A stretch of DNA of 64,000 nucleotides from Eledone cirrhosa (lineage: Eukaryota): contig OZ024742.1 in the NCBI GenBank assembly GCA_964016885.1, forward strand, positions 227,292,001 through 227,356,000. Direction: 5' to 3'. This document shows positions 41,592-55,777 of this stretch, in pieces; positions within the stretch are counted from its first letter, which is position 1; each line of letters begins with the position of its first letter. Below the pieces are notes generated by a model. That model saw only the letters and a program-made list of their open reading frames with translations, did not search any database and had not been told where the DNA came from. Made by a program: the position numbers and the translations under genes.

Positions 41592-42331
41592 TAGCTAAAC
41601 TACCCGTCCTTTGGACAGTTCAAGTAGCTTTCGATGCAGCTCATTAAACTAAACAAAGTAAATACATAGTGAAATACATAGAAGTGAATACATAGAAGTG
41701 AATACATACAAAGTGAATACATAGAAGAAAAACGTACTTTATGTAAACATGAAAACTTTAGGCACTATTCCAGCGAAATAATTAATATGTGAGCTCGGTG
41801 TCTTTTTTGACAACAGTAAAAGTGCATCATGAAATAGAGAAGTGAAGTGAATAATAGACACTATTATATACAAAGCATAATATTGTAAAAGTTATGACAT
41901 CACTTAATGTGTGAACATCAAGCTTGAAACGATAAATTATAGAATGTCAAATCTATAATTTAACTTAGTAATCTGTTAGAAATTGCTGGTTGTGAAATAT
42001 ACAAAATGATATTGTTAGTCTCAAGGAAGCGTACCTTTTGTTTCAAGTACAAAAGAGTAAATTATAATCCGAATGAGCAGAATTACGAAAGATAACTCTT
42101 GTCTTACTTAATCACGAAAATTCACACAAATAACCGAAAGTTTTTAATGTCTCCAGAGGCCTCAATATCGATTTTTGAAAGCCTTTGTAGATCATGTACA
42201 TGTTTTGTGCAAGGAGAAGCTTTGTAAAAATTTTCAAAGAAATCGCATGCATGGTTTAGAATATATGAGCCCTCATTAAAAATTGTCCACACACACATAC
42301 AGAAAACTTCGTCTTTATATATATATACAGA
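41591..42331 (-). mobile_element. Non-autonomous Helitron, both ends visible
   Basis: 5' A|TCTGTATATATATATAAAG; 3' CTGTCCAAAGGACGG hairpin plus CTAG|T; no TSD. Confidence 0.8.
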
Positions 42332-42332
42332 T

Positions 42333-42522
42333 AACGAAGGAAGTGTGGTAAGGAACCAGGTGGACCATAACGCACCAGAGTATTCAATACTTGGGGTAGT
42401 AGAGTGGGTAATAGGAAAACAGTCAGGACCCCGACGGCAGAGCTCAAGCCGTTTCGACATTTTTTAGTCCAGAAATAGCCGTCGAAACGGCTTGAGCTTT
42501 GCCGTCGGGGTCCTGACTCTTT
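42333..42522 (-). mobile_element. Half-hammerhead hairpin PLE terminus (family H)
   Basis: Same structure as 35251-35445. Confidence 0.75.
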
Positions 42523-42688
<166 letters not shown>

Positions 42689-42886
42689 AGTCGATCAGCA
42701 AGATTACAGACCTCATTCGCTTAACGAGTGGGGTGGAGCTCGTCAAATCGGACCGAGGAAACAATGTTTCCATTGGTCTTGTTAATACTATCTGTCGGTC
42801 GCAACTCCAAGCAGAAGGAGCAACGTGAAATAACGCATCACCAGGGCTGGGAATCGAAATCACAACCTCACAATTGCGAATCCAAT

Positions 42887-42920
<34 letters not shown>

Positions 42921-42922
42921 AC

Positions 42923-42969
<47 letters not shown>

Positions 42970-43149
42970 TTCCTCTCCTCGCTATCGAGTATGGCCATTG
43001 CACGGTAATTATTAATTAATTCTATCGTGCAATCCCTTGGCATGAATATATTGTTTAAAGTGATGAAAGACTGTGCACTGAGCCAATCCCACTCTCTGAG
43101 CGACAGTAGATATAACCCGAAAAGAAGAAAAGATCAACATCATCGGAAA

Positions 43150-43552
43150 CTACTGAGCCGCAGGTTTTATATTGGAGTTATCCCAGTTTCCTGAGTTGCC
43201 TTCTCCTAGAAGAACGCCTTGACAAAGGCTAGAGGTCCTTCACTCCCAGTGGTTTAACCGCGCGATCGGGTGTCCAGCCCGACTATTCCTATGTCCCCGC
43301 GCATATACATACACATGCACCCATGTATATACACATATACATATACATACATATGTACATGTGTATATACAATATATACACACAGTCCTTCCGCCTTTTG
43401 TCAGGTTTTGTTTTTTGTCCTGCAGGGTGTCCAAAATCACCCTCCTCACCAAGTAAACTTGGTGGGGGTTGCCGGTTTAGTCGCCGATGACCCGACCATG
43501 CGACAGGTTGTACTGGGTTACATGTTACCAGTAGCACTCAAGAGTGACTCGA
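43150..43552 (-). mobile_element. RTE-like LINE 5' UTR fragment
   Basis: Shares the tagcctttgtcaaggc..ctaggagaagg block with 13560-13610; GC-rich structured leader at 43430-43552. Confidence 0.5.
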
Positions 43553-43565
43553 CATATATATATAC

Positions 43566-43665
<100 letters not shown>

Positions 43666-43667
43666 GC

Positions 43668-43895
43668 GGAGGCACGTGGCCTAGTGGTAAGGGTGTTGGA
43701 TTTACGATCTTAATGGCGTGGGTTCGATTCCTGAGTTGCGTTGAGTTCCTGAGAAAAACACTACATTTCACATTGTTCCAGTATACTCAGCTGAAAATGA
43801 GTCCCAGCAATAGCTGGGGGTTTAACCCTGCGTTGAACTGGCGACCTGTCCGAGGGAGGGGTAGAGTCTTGTACTCTCAGTCGCTTCACGCCACG
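43668..43895 (+). mobile_element. tRNA-SINE with a V-domain-like core
   Basis: Colinear with 25989-26200. Confidence 0.75.
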
Positions 43896-43969
43896 AATAT
43901 ATATATACATACATATAAATATAGATATATTTGTGTATGTGTATATATATATAGAGAGAGAAAAATGTT

Positions 43970-44083
43970 TAACCCCGACGGCAGAGCTCAAGCCGTTTCG
44001 ACGGCTAATTCTAGACTATTTCTCAGTATTGAGTACTCTGGTGCGTTATGGTCCATCTGGTTCCTTATCACACCTCTTTCATT
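43970..44083 (+). mobile_element. Deleted family H terminus
   Basis: Inverted arm joined directly to the tail. Confidence 0.65.
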
Positions 44084-44146
<63 letters not shown>

Positions 44147-44186
44147 GATATTAAATAAATGGAAACTATATTTATAAAACCATATT

Positions 44187-44248
44187 TATTCTATTATATA
44201 TATTTCAAGGGTACCAAAAATTTTGGTACGCTATCATCAGATAAAATA
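44187..44248 (-). ncRNA. Hammerhead motif, family A
   Basis: TATTTTAT-CTGATGA-tag c GTACCAAAA t TTTTGGTAC c ctt-GAAA-TATATATA|ATAGAATA. Confidence 0.75.
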
Positions 44249-45062
44249 CAAAATGTTTTATAAATATTTGACATGACCAAGGATAATATACCTTAACGGT
44301 TCAAGTTATCCCTCGAAAGTAAAGGGAAGAGAGAAGAACAGTCAGATATTTAAAATTATTAATATGAGTATGTAAATGATGTGTATATTAAAGGGCTGAA
44401 AAAACGTTATTTTAGACGCTATGGAAAATTTAAATATTTATGATAAGGAAGGAAGAGAAAGAGAAAAGAATAACGTTAATTTGGGGGAAAAGATTTTTGT
44501 TACCTATATTATGAGTTATAAAATTATATGAAGAATTATGGTTGTATGTATTTTTATCTTATTACATTAGGATAGGTTATATGTGTATAAATATCTCTCT
44601 ATATATATTAATAAGTTGCGTATGCATTGATTGTTTATATAAACAAATATGAGTTACGAAGGATGTTGAACATTTTATTTTCAAGTTGTGAGATTAGAAT
44701 AATTTGTGGATTCAAAAATTTTCAAAATTGAGAATGTTTTCAGAATATTGTTAATTTAACGAAGCTATATAAATTATCAAACTAAAATTGTTAAAGAAGA
44801 AGAAAAAGGAAGACCACTTGAACGTTAATTTAGGGAAAATATATTCAGACATTTGTCTATATTTATATGGAGAATTATTTATCTTATTATAATAATATAT
44901 AAATATCTATATCTATATTTTAATAATAGCATATGTGTTTTTTTTTTATTAAAAGGATAGTTTGTTTATAATATGAGTTACGAGGGATGTTGATTTATAA
45001 ATAAATAAAAAAAAATAAATATGTGTTTGTTCCTAATATAAGTTACTAAGGACCAAATAAGT

Positions 45063-45284
45063 TGGTCCTTAAAAGACAAAAACATTAATTACGAAATCTC
45101 TTGGCGTAAAATTTGCAACGCTTCACCTTACTTCAATGCTTCTATTTCTAGGGTTTGTAATTTATGTCTAGCTGAAAAATTTACCATTATCTCGAATTTC
45201 AACTCTTTAATAAATAGATGTACGGACTTATTTGGTCTCTGCATTCATAAATCTTTTAAGACCTTTCACAAAGTATACAGCTAA
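45063..45284 (+). pseudogene. C-terminal end of a PLE GIY-YIG endonuclease (not in the ORF track)
   Basis: WSLKDKNINYEISWRKICNASPY..CNLCLAEKFTII..LINRCTDLFGLCIH, homologous to the ORF ending at 29401. Confidence 0.82.
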
Positions 45285-45573
45285 TGTCCTATTACTTATT
45301 CTACGAATAACGGTTAAAATTTTTTTTACACATATATTTTTACACATATCTTTTCACACATTTTTTCTCACATATTTCATTATATTCTACGATGTATTAA
45401 TCCCCTTTTCTCTGCATTATTAAGCCTTTCACCTTCTTTCTCTATTGACGTAAATTTTTTTCGTTTTTTTTTTCGTTCAAACCTTCGTAGATTTTGTAAA
45501 CAATCTATGACGTCATATGTCTTTCTACATTTATAAACCTTCTAGCAATTTCCTTATTTACTTGTTGATATAA

Positions 45574-45646
45574 AATAATTGTTTCTACTTTTGGCACAAG
45601 GCCAGCAATTACTGGTACTTTATTTTATCGACCCCGTAAGGATGAA
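45574..45646 (-). mobile_element. Truncated OK-like SINE
   Basis: 3' part only. Confidence 0.8.
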
Positions 45647-45902
45647 AAATACTATACCCCACATATATAAATTTTTAATTTTGACATAAATAGACTCTTC
45701 TTATTTTTATTTTTTATTCTAGTCTATCTTATTTTATTTTATTATGTTTTTATTTTATTTTATTTTATTTTATTTTAAAAAAAAAACTTTTTTATAATTA
45801 TTATAATTATTTTTAATTTAATTTTTATTTTATTTTATTTTATTTTATTAATACATTTTTACACTTCTTAATCCAATTTTTAGTATTCAAACTCAATATT
45901 AA

Positions 45903-46085
45903 ATAATTGTTTCTACTATTGGCACAAGGCCAGCAATTATCCAGTACATTACTGGTACTTTATTTTATCGACCCCGTAAGGATGAAAGGCTAAGTTAACC
46001 TCGGCGGGATTTGAACTCAGAATGGCAAGGGCCGCAACTCTATGCGTCAAAGCATGGTGTCCGACCCTCTACCGATACTGCCAAT
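45903..46085 (-). mobile_element. OK-like SINE with TSD ATTAAATAAT
   Basis: Near full length, inserted in the PLE 3' UTR. Confidence 0.88.
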
Positions 46086-46448
46086 TCATTAAATAATATA
46101 CCCAGTTTCTTTATTCTAGACAGCTATTATTTGTATATTAGCACATTCACCTCATCAATTTATTTATTTATTTATTTTTATTATTATTATTATTTTTTTT
46201 TTTTTTTTTTTTTTTAGCCGTTATTCACAGCTGTTTTTTTCATTTTTGACAGCGTTCCCGATCAAAAGTATCTCTCTCTCTCCTCCTTCTTTCTTTCTTT
46301 TTTCCTCTCTTCTATTTCTTTTTTCCTTTTTCCTTCTTCTTTCCTTTTCCTCATTTTTTCCTATTTTCTCTTCTCATATATTTTTGTCATATGTTGGCTG
46401 CACACTTTCTTGTTCACAAGTGTTTTTAGGCCTCATATCATGTTACCT

Positions 46449-46515
46449 TATTTTATCTGATGAGAACACAATTTTTGTCCCAGGATGATGTTTTTGAAAT
46501 GCGCATAATAAAATA
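46449..46515 (+). ncRNA. Hammerhead at the 3' terminus of the 45047-46555 PLE fragment (family A-related)
   Basis: TATTTTAT-CTGATGA-GAACA..TGTTT-GAAA-TGCGCA(palindrome)-TA|ATAAAATA. Confidence 0.75.
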
Positions 46516-46574
46516 TATGGAACTTTTTTAACCATCTTTTAATTACATCTTTATATATATATATATATATATAT

Positions 46575-46767
46575 AGGAAAATGTATGACCCCGACGGCAG
46601 AGCTCAAGCCGTTTCGACGCCTATTTCTAGTCCAGAAATAGCCGTCGAAACGGCTTGAGCTCTGCCGTCGGAGTCATAGATTTTCCTATTACCCACTCTA
46701 CTACCCTAAGTATTGAGTACTCTGGTGCGTTATGGTCCATCTGGTTCCTTACCACAACTCCTTCGTT
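46575..46767 (+). mobile_element. Half-hammerhead hairpin PLE terminus (family H)
   Basis: Same structure as 35251-35445. Confidence 0.75.
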
Positions 46768-46968
46768 ATATATATATATATATATATATATGAATGAAGT
46801 AATTCCGTCGGAAAGGTGCAGGAAAAAAGAGTGCTCTATGTAGGCTACAGAGCTTATTAGTTATGTAATAAACAACATAAGATAATTATTTCATTTACCA
46901 GTGGTGTCTTGTAAGCAGATGCTAGATCTGTTTTCAGTTGATGTACATATATATATATATATATAATA

Positions 46969-47020
<52 letters not shown>

Positions 47021-47129
47021 GTATAGATATTTCCATACAACCAACGGATAATAAAATATATTTTTAAATATGAAACCAGTTTTGGGGAAAACGAAATACA
47101 ATAGACATATACAGGTTACTTTACACACA

Positions 47130-47174
<45 letters not shown>

Positions 47175-47294
47175 ACGAATACACACACATACAGTCACAT
47201 ACACTCACATACACTCACATACGCACATACAAGCATAGACATACACACGCACCCACATACATTCACATGATATTCAACTTACATGAAGATCAAA

Positions 47295-48150
47295 GTGAGA
47301 TACACACACACAGACACATACACAGAGACACAGACACACATAGACACATACACATAGACACATACACACAGACACACAGAGACAGACACACAGACACACA
47401 CAGACACATACACACAGAGACACATACAGACAGACAGACACACAGTCACAGACACACATAAACACAGACAGACACACAGACACACAGAGACACATACACA
47501 GAGACACATACACACAGACAGACACACAGAGACAGACACACAGACACAGAGACACATACACACAGAGACAGACACACAGAGACACATACACAGAGACACA
47601 TACACACAGACAGACACACAGAGACAGACACACAGACACAGAGACACATACACACAGAGACAGACACACAGAGACAGACACACACACACAGAGACACATA
47701 CACACAGAGACACAGAGACACATACACACAGAGACACATACACACAGACAGACACACAGAGACACATACACACATACACACAGACACACATACACACAGA
47801 CAGACACACAGACACACAGAGACACAGACACAGACACATACACACAGAGACACAGACACACACAGACAGACACACAGACAGACACAGAGACACATACACA
47901 CAGACACACAGAGACACATACACACAGACAGACACACAGGCACAGACACACAGAGACACAGACACAGAGACACACAGAGACACATACACACAGACACATA
48001 CACACAGAGACACAGACACACAGAAACACATACACACAGACACACACAGAGACACAGACACACAGACACACAGAGACACACAGAGACACAGACACACAGA
48101 GACACAGACACACAGACAGACAGACAGACACACACATACACACATACACT
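47295..48150. repeat. Cryptic (CA/GA) satellite (gacacaca/gacacata units)
   Basis: Direct reading. Confidence 0.92.
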
Positions 48151-48201
48151 CACACGTGTGGACATCCCAATAGAAATACATTCACACACAGACAGACAGA
48201 C

Positions 48202-48236
<35 letters not shown>

Positions 48237-48260
48237 CGTGTGGACATCCCAATAGAAATA

Positions 48261-48299
<39 letters not shown>

Positions 48300-48387
48300 A
48301 CGTGTGGACATCCCAATAGAAATACATTCACACACACACACACACACACACATACACACACACACACACATACACACGTGTGGACAT

Positions 48388-49046
48388 TAGCGCTGTCGAA
48401 AGTTTTTTCCAAAACGTACAGAATTTTACTAAATCCCACAATTACAATCAAAAACACTCTTTTTATACATATTTTTGAAGTTAACATTTATTGACAATTT
48501 AAACATAAGGGCATCAAAAACAAACGTCATCTTCCTGAGCAGATTCTCTGTTGTACCAATTTTTTTTCAAATAATTGTTTCTACTTTAGGCACAAGGCCA
48601 GCAAATAACAGTGCATTACTGGTATTTATTTTATCGACCCCGTAAGGATGAAAGGCAAAGTCAACCTCGGCGGGATTTGAACTCAGATCGTAAAGGGACG
48701 TAACTATGCTGGAAAGCATGGCGTCCGACCCTCTACCGATATTGCCAATCCACCGCCCCTTAATGCTTTGCAAAGATGTTCATCGGGCTCCCACGTCGTG
48801 CAGTCGGCATGTCGTAACAAGTATTTCGACCTAACAAGAGCGATCGATAAGAGTGGAAGTTTTCAAACAATTTCGATTCTTTGTTTTAATAAAGTAGAGA
48901 ACAGAGAAAATGCGTCAAAACATGAATTTTATAAACCGATGGCAAGATCACTAAAACGTACAGCAAATTCGTCCAAACGTACAGCACATCAACATTTAGA
49001 GGAAAACGTACAGTTTTGTAGGAATGTAAAGTCATCGACATCCCAA
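48388..49046. mobile_element. Probable MITE with subterminal AAACGTACAG repeats, carrying a SINE
   Basis: TAGCGCTGTCGA vs TTGGGATGTCGA imperfect TIRs; four AAACGTACAG motifs. Confidence 0.5.
48570..48760 (-). mobile_element. Full-length OK-like SINE
   Basis: A and B boxes and full body. Confidence 0.88.
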
Positions 49047-52000
49047 TAGAAATACCACACTCAGACAGACACACAGACAGACAGACACACACACACATAT
49101 ACAAACACACACACACACACACGTCAATATAAATACACTTCTACACCCAGATATAAAGTGATACATAAACATATATAAAATAGAAATACTTTGACATACA
49201 CACACAGAGATACAGTATAACACAGTTATATACACAAGTTCAGACACATAGACGAACACACTAAAACATAGCGATACACACACATAGATACACAGTGATA
49301 CATAGTGATATATAGTGATACACACACAGATATACAGTAATACATAGTGATACACACACAGATATACAGTAATACATAGTGATACACACACAGATATACA
49401 GTGATACATAGTGATACACACATAGATACACAGTGATACATAGTGTTACACACACATAGATACACAGTGATACATAGTGATACACACGCATAGATACACA
49501 GTGATACATAGTGATACACACACATACATACACAGTGATACATAGTAATACACAAATAGATACACACTGATACATAGTGATACACACACATAGATACACA
49601 GTGATACATATTGATACACTTACACAGATACACAGTGATATACACGCATAGATATACAGTGGTACATAGTGATACACACACACAGATACACAGTGGTACA
49701 TAGTGTTACACACACATAGATATACAGTGATACATAATGATATACACACACAAATATACAGTGTTACATAGTAATACACACACATAGATATACAGTAATA
49801 CATAGTGATACACACATAGATACACAGTGGTACATAGTGATACACACACATAGATACACAGTAATACATAGTGATACACACACATAGATACACAGTGGTA
49901 CATAGTGTTACACACACATAGATACACAGTGGTACATAGTGATACACACATAGATACACAGTGATACATAGTGATATACACACATAGATATACAGGGGTA
50001 CATAGTGATACACACACACAGATACACAGTGATACATAGTGATACACACACATAGATACACAGTGGTACATAGTGTTTTACACACATAGATACACAGTGA
50101 CACATAGTGATACACACACACAGATACACAGTGATACATAGTGATACACACACACAGATACACAGTGATACATAGTGATACACACACATAGATACACAGT
50201 GATACATAGTGATACACATACAGATACACAGTGATATATAGTGGTACACACACAGATACACAGTGGTACATAGTGATACACACACATAGATACACAGTGG
50301 TCCATAGTGATATACACACATAGATACACAGTGGTACATAGTGATACACACACATAGATACACAGTGGTCCATAGTGATATACACACATAGAAACACAGT
50401 GATACATAGTGATACACACACATAGATATACAGTGGTACATAGTGATACACACATAGATACACAGTAATACATAGTGATACACACACATAGATACACAGT
50501 GGTACACAGTGATACACACACATAGATACACAGTGATATATAGTGATACACACACATAGATATACAGTGTTACATAGTGATACACACACATAGATACACA
50601 GTGATACATAGTGATACACACACACAGATATACAGTGATACATAGTGATACACACACATAGATACACAGTTGTACATAGTGATATACACACATAGATATA
50701 CTGTGGTACATAGTGTTACACACACATAGATACATAGTGGTACATAGTGATACACACACATAGATACACAGTGGTACATAGTGATACACACACATAGATA
50801 CACAGTGGTACACAGTGATACACACACATAGATACACAGTGATATATAGTGATACACACACATAGATATACAGTGGTACATAGTGATACACACACATAGA
50901 TACACAGTGATACATAGTGATACACACACACAGATATACAGTGATACATAGTGATACACACACATAGATACACAGTTGTACATAATGATACACACACATA
51001 GATACACAGTGGTGATATATAGTGATACACACACATAGATACATAGTAATATATAGAGTTACACACACATAGATACACACTGATACATAGTGATACATAG
51101 TGATACATAGTGATACATAATGATATACACACACAGATATACAGTGGTACATAGTGATACATACACATAAATACACAGTAATACATAGCGATACACACAG
51201 AGATACACAGTGGTACATAGTGATACACACACACAGATACACAGTGTTACATAGTGATACACACACATAGATACACAGTGACACATAGTGATATACACAC
51301 ACAGATATACAGTGTACATAGTGATACACACACATAGATACACAGTGACACATAGTGATATACACACACAGATATACAGTGTACATAGTGATACACACAC
51401 ACAGATATACAGTGATACATAGTGATACACATACATAGATACACAGTGGTACATAGTGATACACACATAGATACACAGTGATATATAGTGATACACACAC
51501 ATAGATACACAGTGGTACATAGTGATATACACATAGATATAAAGTGATACATAGTGTTACACACACACAGATACACAGTGTTACATAGTGATACACACAC
51601 ATAGATACACAGTGGTACATAGTGATATACACACATAGATACACAGTGATACATAGTGATACACACACAGATACACAGTGGTACATAGTGATACACACAC
51701 AGATATACAGTGGTACATAGTGTTACACACATAGATACACAGTGATACATAGTGATACACACACATCGATACACAGTGGTAGATAGTGATATACACATAG
51801 ATACACATTGATACATAGTGATACACACACACACAGATACACAGTGATACATAGAGATACACACACATAGATACACAGTGATACATAGTGATATACACAC
51901 ATAGATACACAGTGGACCATAGTGATATACACACATAGATATACAGTGTACATAGTGATACACACACATAGATACACAGTGACACATAGTGATACACATA

Positions 52001-55000
52001 CATAGATACACAGTGGTACATAGTGATACACACATAGATACACAGTGATATATAGTGATACACACACATAGATACACAGTGATATATAGTGATACACACA
52101 TAGATATACAGTGGTACATAGTGATACACACACATAGATACACAGTCATACACAGTGGTACACACACATAGATACACAGTGGTACATAGTGATACACACA
52201 CATAGATACACAGTGATACATAGTGATTCACACACATAGATACACAGTGGAAAATAGTGATACACACACACAGATACACAGTGGTACATAGTGATACACA
52301 CACATAGATACACAGTGATACATAGTGATACACACATAGATACACAGTGGTACATAGTGATACACATACATAGATACACAGTAATACATTGTGATACACA
52401 CACATAGATACACAGTGATACATAGTGATACACACACATAGATACACAGTGATACATAGTGATACACACAGAGATACACAGTGGTACATAGTGATACACA
52501 CACATAGATACACAGTGGTACATAGTGATACACACACATAGATATACAGTAATACATAGTGATACACAGATAGATACACAGTAATACATAGTTATACACA
52601 CACATAGATACACAGTGGTACATTGTGATACACATACATAGTATGTATCTGTGTATCTATGTGTGTATCACTATGTAATCACACACATAGATACACAGTG
52701 ATACATAGTGATACACACAGAGATACACAGTGGTACATAGTGATACACACACATAGATACACAGTGATACATAGTGATACACACATAGATACACAGTGGT
52801 ACATAGTGATACACATACATAGATACACAGTAATACATTGTGATACACACACATAGATACACAGTAATACATAGTGATACACAGATAGATACACAGTAAT
52901 ACATAGTTATACACACACATAGATACACAGTGGTACATTGTGATACACATAGATACACAGTGGTACATAGTGATACATAGTGATACACACACATAGATAC
53001 ACAGTGGTACATAGTGATACACACACATAGCTACACAATGTTACATAGTGATACACACACATAGATACACAGGGTTACATAGTGATACACACATATAGAT
53101 ATACAGTAATACATAGTGATATAGACACGTACATACACAGTGATATATAGTGATATACACACATAGATACACAGTAATACATAGTGGTACACACACATAG
53201 ATACACACTGATATATAGTGATATACACACATAGATACACAGTAATACATAGTGATGCACACACATAGATACACAGACATACATAGTGATACAAACACAT
53301 AGACACACACTAATACATAGTGATACACATACATAGATACATTCTTATACATAGTGATACACACACATAGATACACAGGGATACACAATGATACACATAC
53401 ATAGACACACACTAATACATAGTGGTACACACACATAGATACATTCTGATACATAGTGATTCACACACATAGATACACAGTGATACATAGTGATACACAC
53501 ACAGTGATACATAGTGATACACACATAGATACACAGTGATACATAGTGATACATAGTGTTACACACACATGGATACACAGTGATACATAGTGATACACAC
53601 ACATAGATACACAGTGATACATAGCGATACACACACATAGATACACAGTGATACATAGTGTTACACACACATAGATACACAGTGATACATAGTGATACAC
53701 ACACATAGATATACAGTGGTACATAGTGATACACACACATAGATACACAGAGATACATAGTGTTACACACACATAGATACACAGTGATACATAGTGTTAC
53801 ACACACATAGATATACAGTGGTACATAGTGATACACACACATAGATACACAGTGATACATAGTGTTACACACACATAGATACACAGTGATACATAGTGTT
53901 ACACACACATAGATACACGGTGGTACATAGTGATACACACATAGATATACAATAATACATAGTGATATACACACATAGATATACTGTAATACATAGTGAT
54001 ACACACACACAGATACACAGTGATACATAGTAATACACACACAGATATACACTGATACATAGTGATACACACATAGATACACAGTGGTACATAGTGCTAC
54101 ACACACATAGATATACAATAATACATAGTGATACACACATAGAGACACAGTGATACACAGTGATACATAGTAATACACACACATAGATATACAGTGATAT
54201 ATAGTGATACACACACATAGATACACAGTAATACATAGTGGTACACACACATAGATACACAGTGATACACACGCACATAGATACACAGTGGTACACACAC
54301 ACACAGATACACAGTGGTACACAGTGATACACACACATAGATACACAGTGATACACACTCACATAGATACACAGTGATACACAGTGATACACACACATAG
54401 ATACACAGTGGTACACAGTGATACACACACATAGATACACAGTGGTACACAGTGATACACACTCACATAGATACACAGTGATACACAGTGTTACACACAC
54501 ATAGATATACAGTGGTCCATAGTGATATACACACACATAGATATACAGTGATACACACACATAGATACACAGTGGTACACACACACACAGATACACAGTG
54601 GTACACAGTGATACACACACATAGATACACAGTGGTACACACACACACAGATACACAGTGGTACACACACACAGATACACAGTGGTACACAGTGATACAC
54701 ACACATAGATACACAGTGGTACACACACACACAGATACACAGTGGTACACAGTGATACACACACACAGATACACAGTGGTACACAGTGATACACACACAT
54801 AGATACACAGTGATACACAGTGATACACTCTCACATTGATACACAGTGATACACAGTGATACACACACAGTGGTACACAGTGATACACACACATAGATAC
54901 ACAGTGGTACACAGTGATACACACACATAGATACACAGTGATACACAGTGTTACACACACATAGATACACAGTGATACACAGTGATACACACTCACATAG

Positions 55001-55697
55001 ATACACAGTGATACACAGTGTTACACACACATAGATATACAGTGGTCCATAGTGATATACACACACACACATAGATATACAATAATACATAGTGATACAC
55101 ACATAGAGACACAGTGATACACAGTGATACATAGTAATACACACACATAGATACACAGTAATACATAGTGATACACACACATAGATACACAGTGACACAT
55201 AGTAATATACACACATACATACACAGTGATACATAGTGTTACACACACAGATACACAGTGACACATAGTGATACACACACATAGATACACAGTGATACAC
55301 ACATAGATACACAGTGGTACACAGTGATACACACACATAGATACACAGTGATACACAGTGATACACACTCACATAGATACACAGTGATACACAGTGATAC
55401 ACACTCACATAGATACACAGTGATACACAGTGATACACACACATAGATACACAGTGATACACAGTGATACACAGTGATACACACACAGATACACAGTGAT
55501 ACACAGTGATATACACACATAGATACACAGTGATACACAGTGATACACACTCACATAGGTACATAGTGATACATACACATAGATACATACTGATACATAG
55601 TGATACACACACATAGATACACAATAATACATAGTTATACACACATAGATATACGATGATACATATTGATACACACATATAGATATACAGTGATACA

Positions 55698-55777
55698 TAA
55701 TTGTTTCTACTTTAGGCACAAGGCCAGCAATTAACCAGTGCATTACTGGTACTTTATTTTATCGACCCCGTAAGGAT
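55698..55777 (-). mobile_element. OK-like SINE cut by the duplication breakpoint
   Basis: Same left flank and sequence as the 60942 copy but ends at taaggat. Confidence 0.9.
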
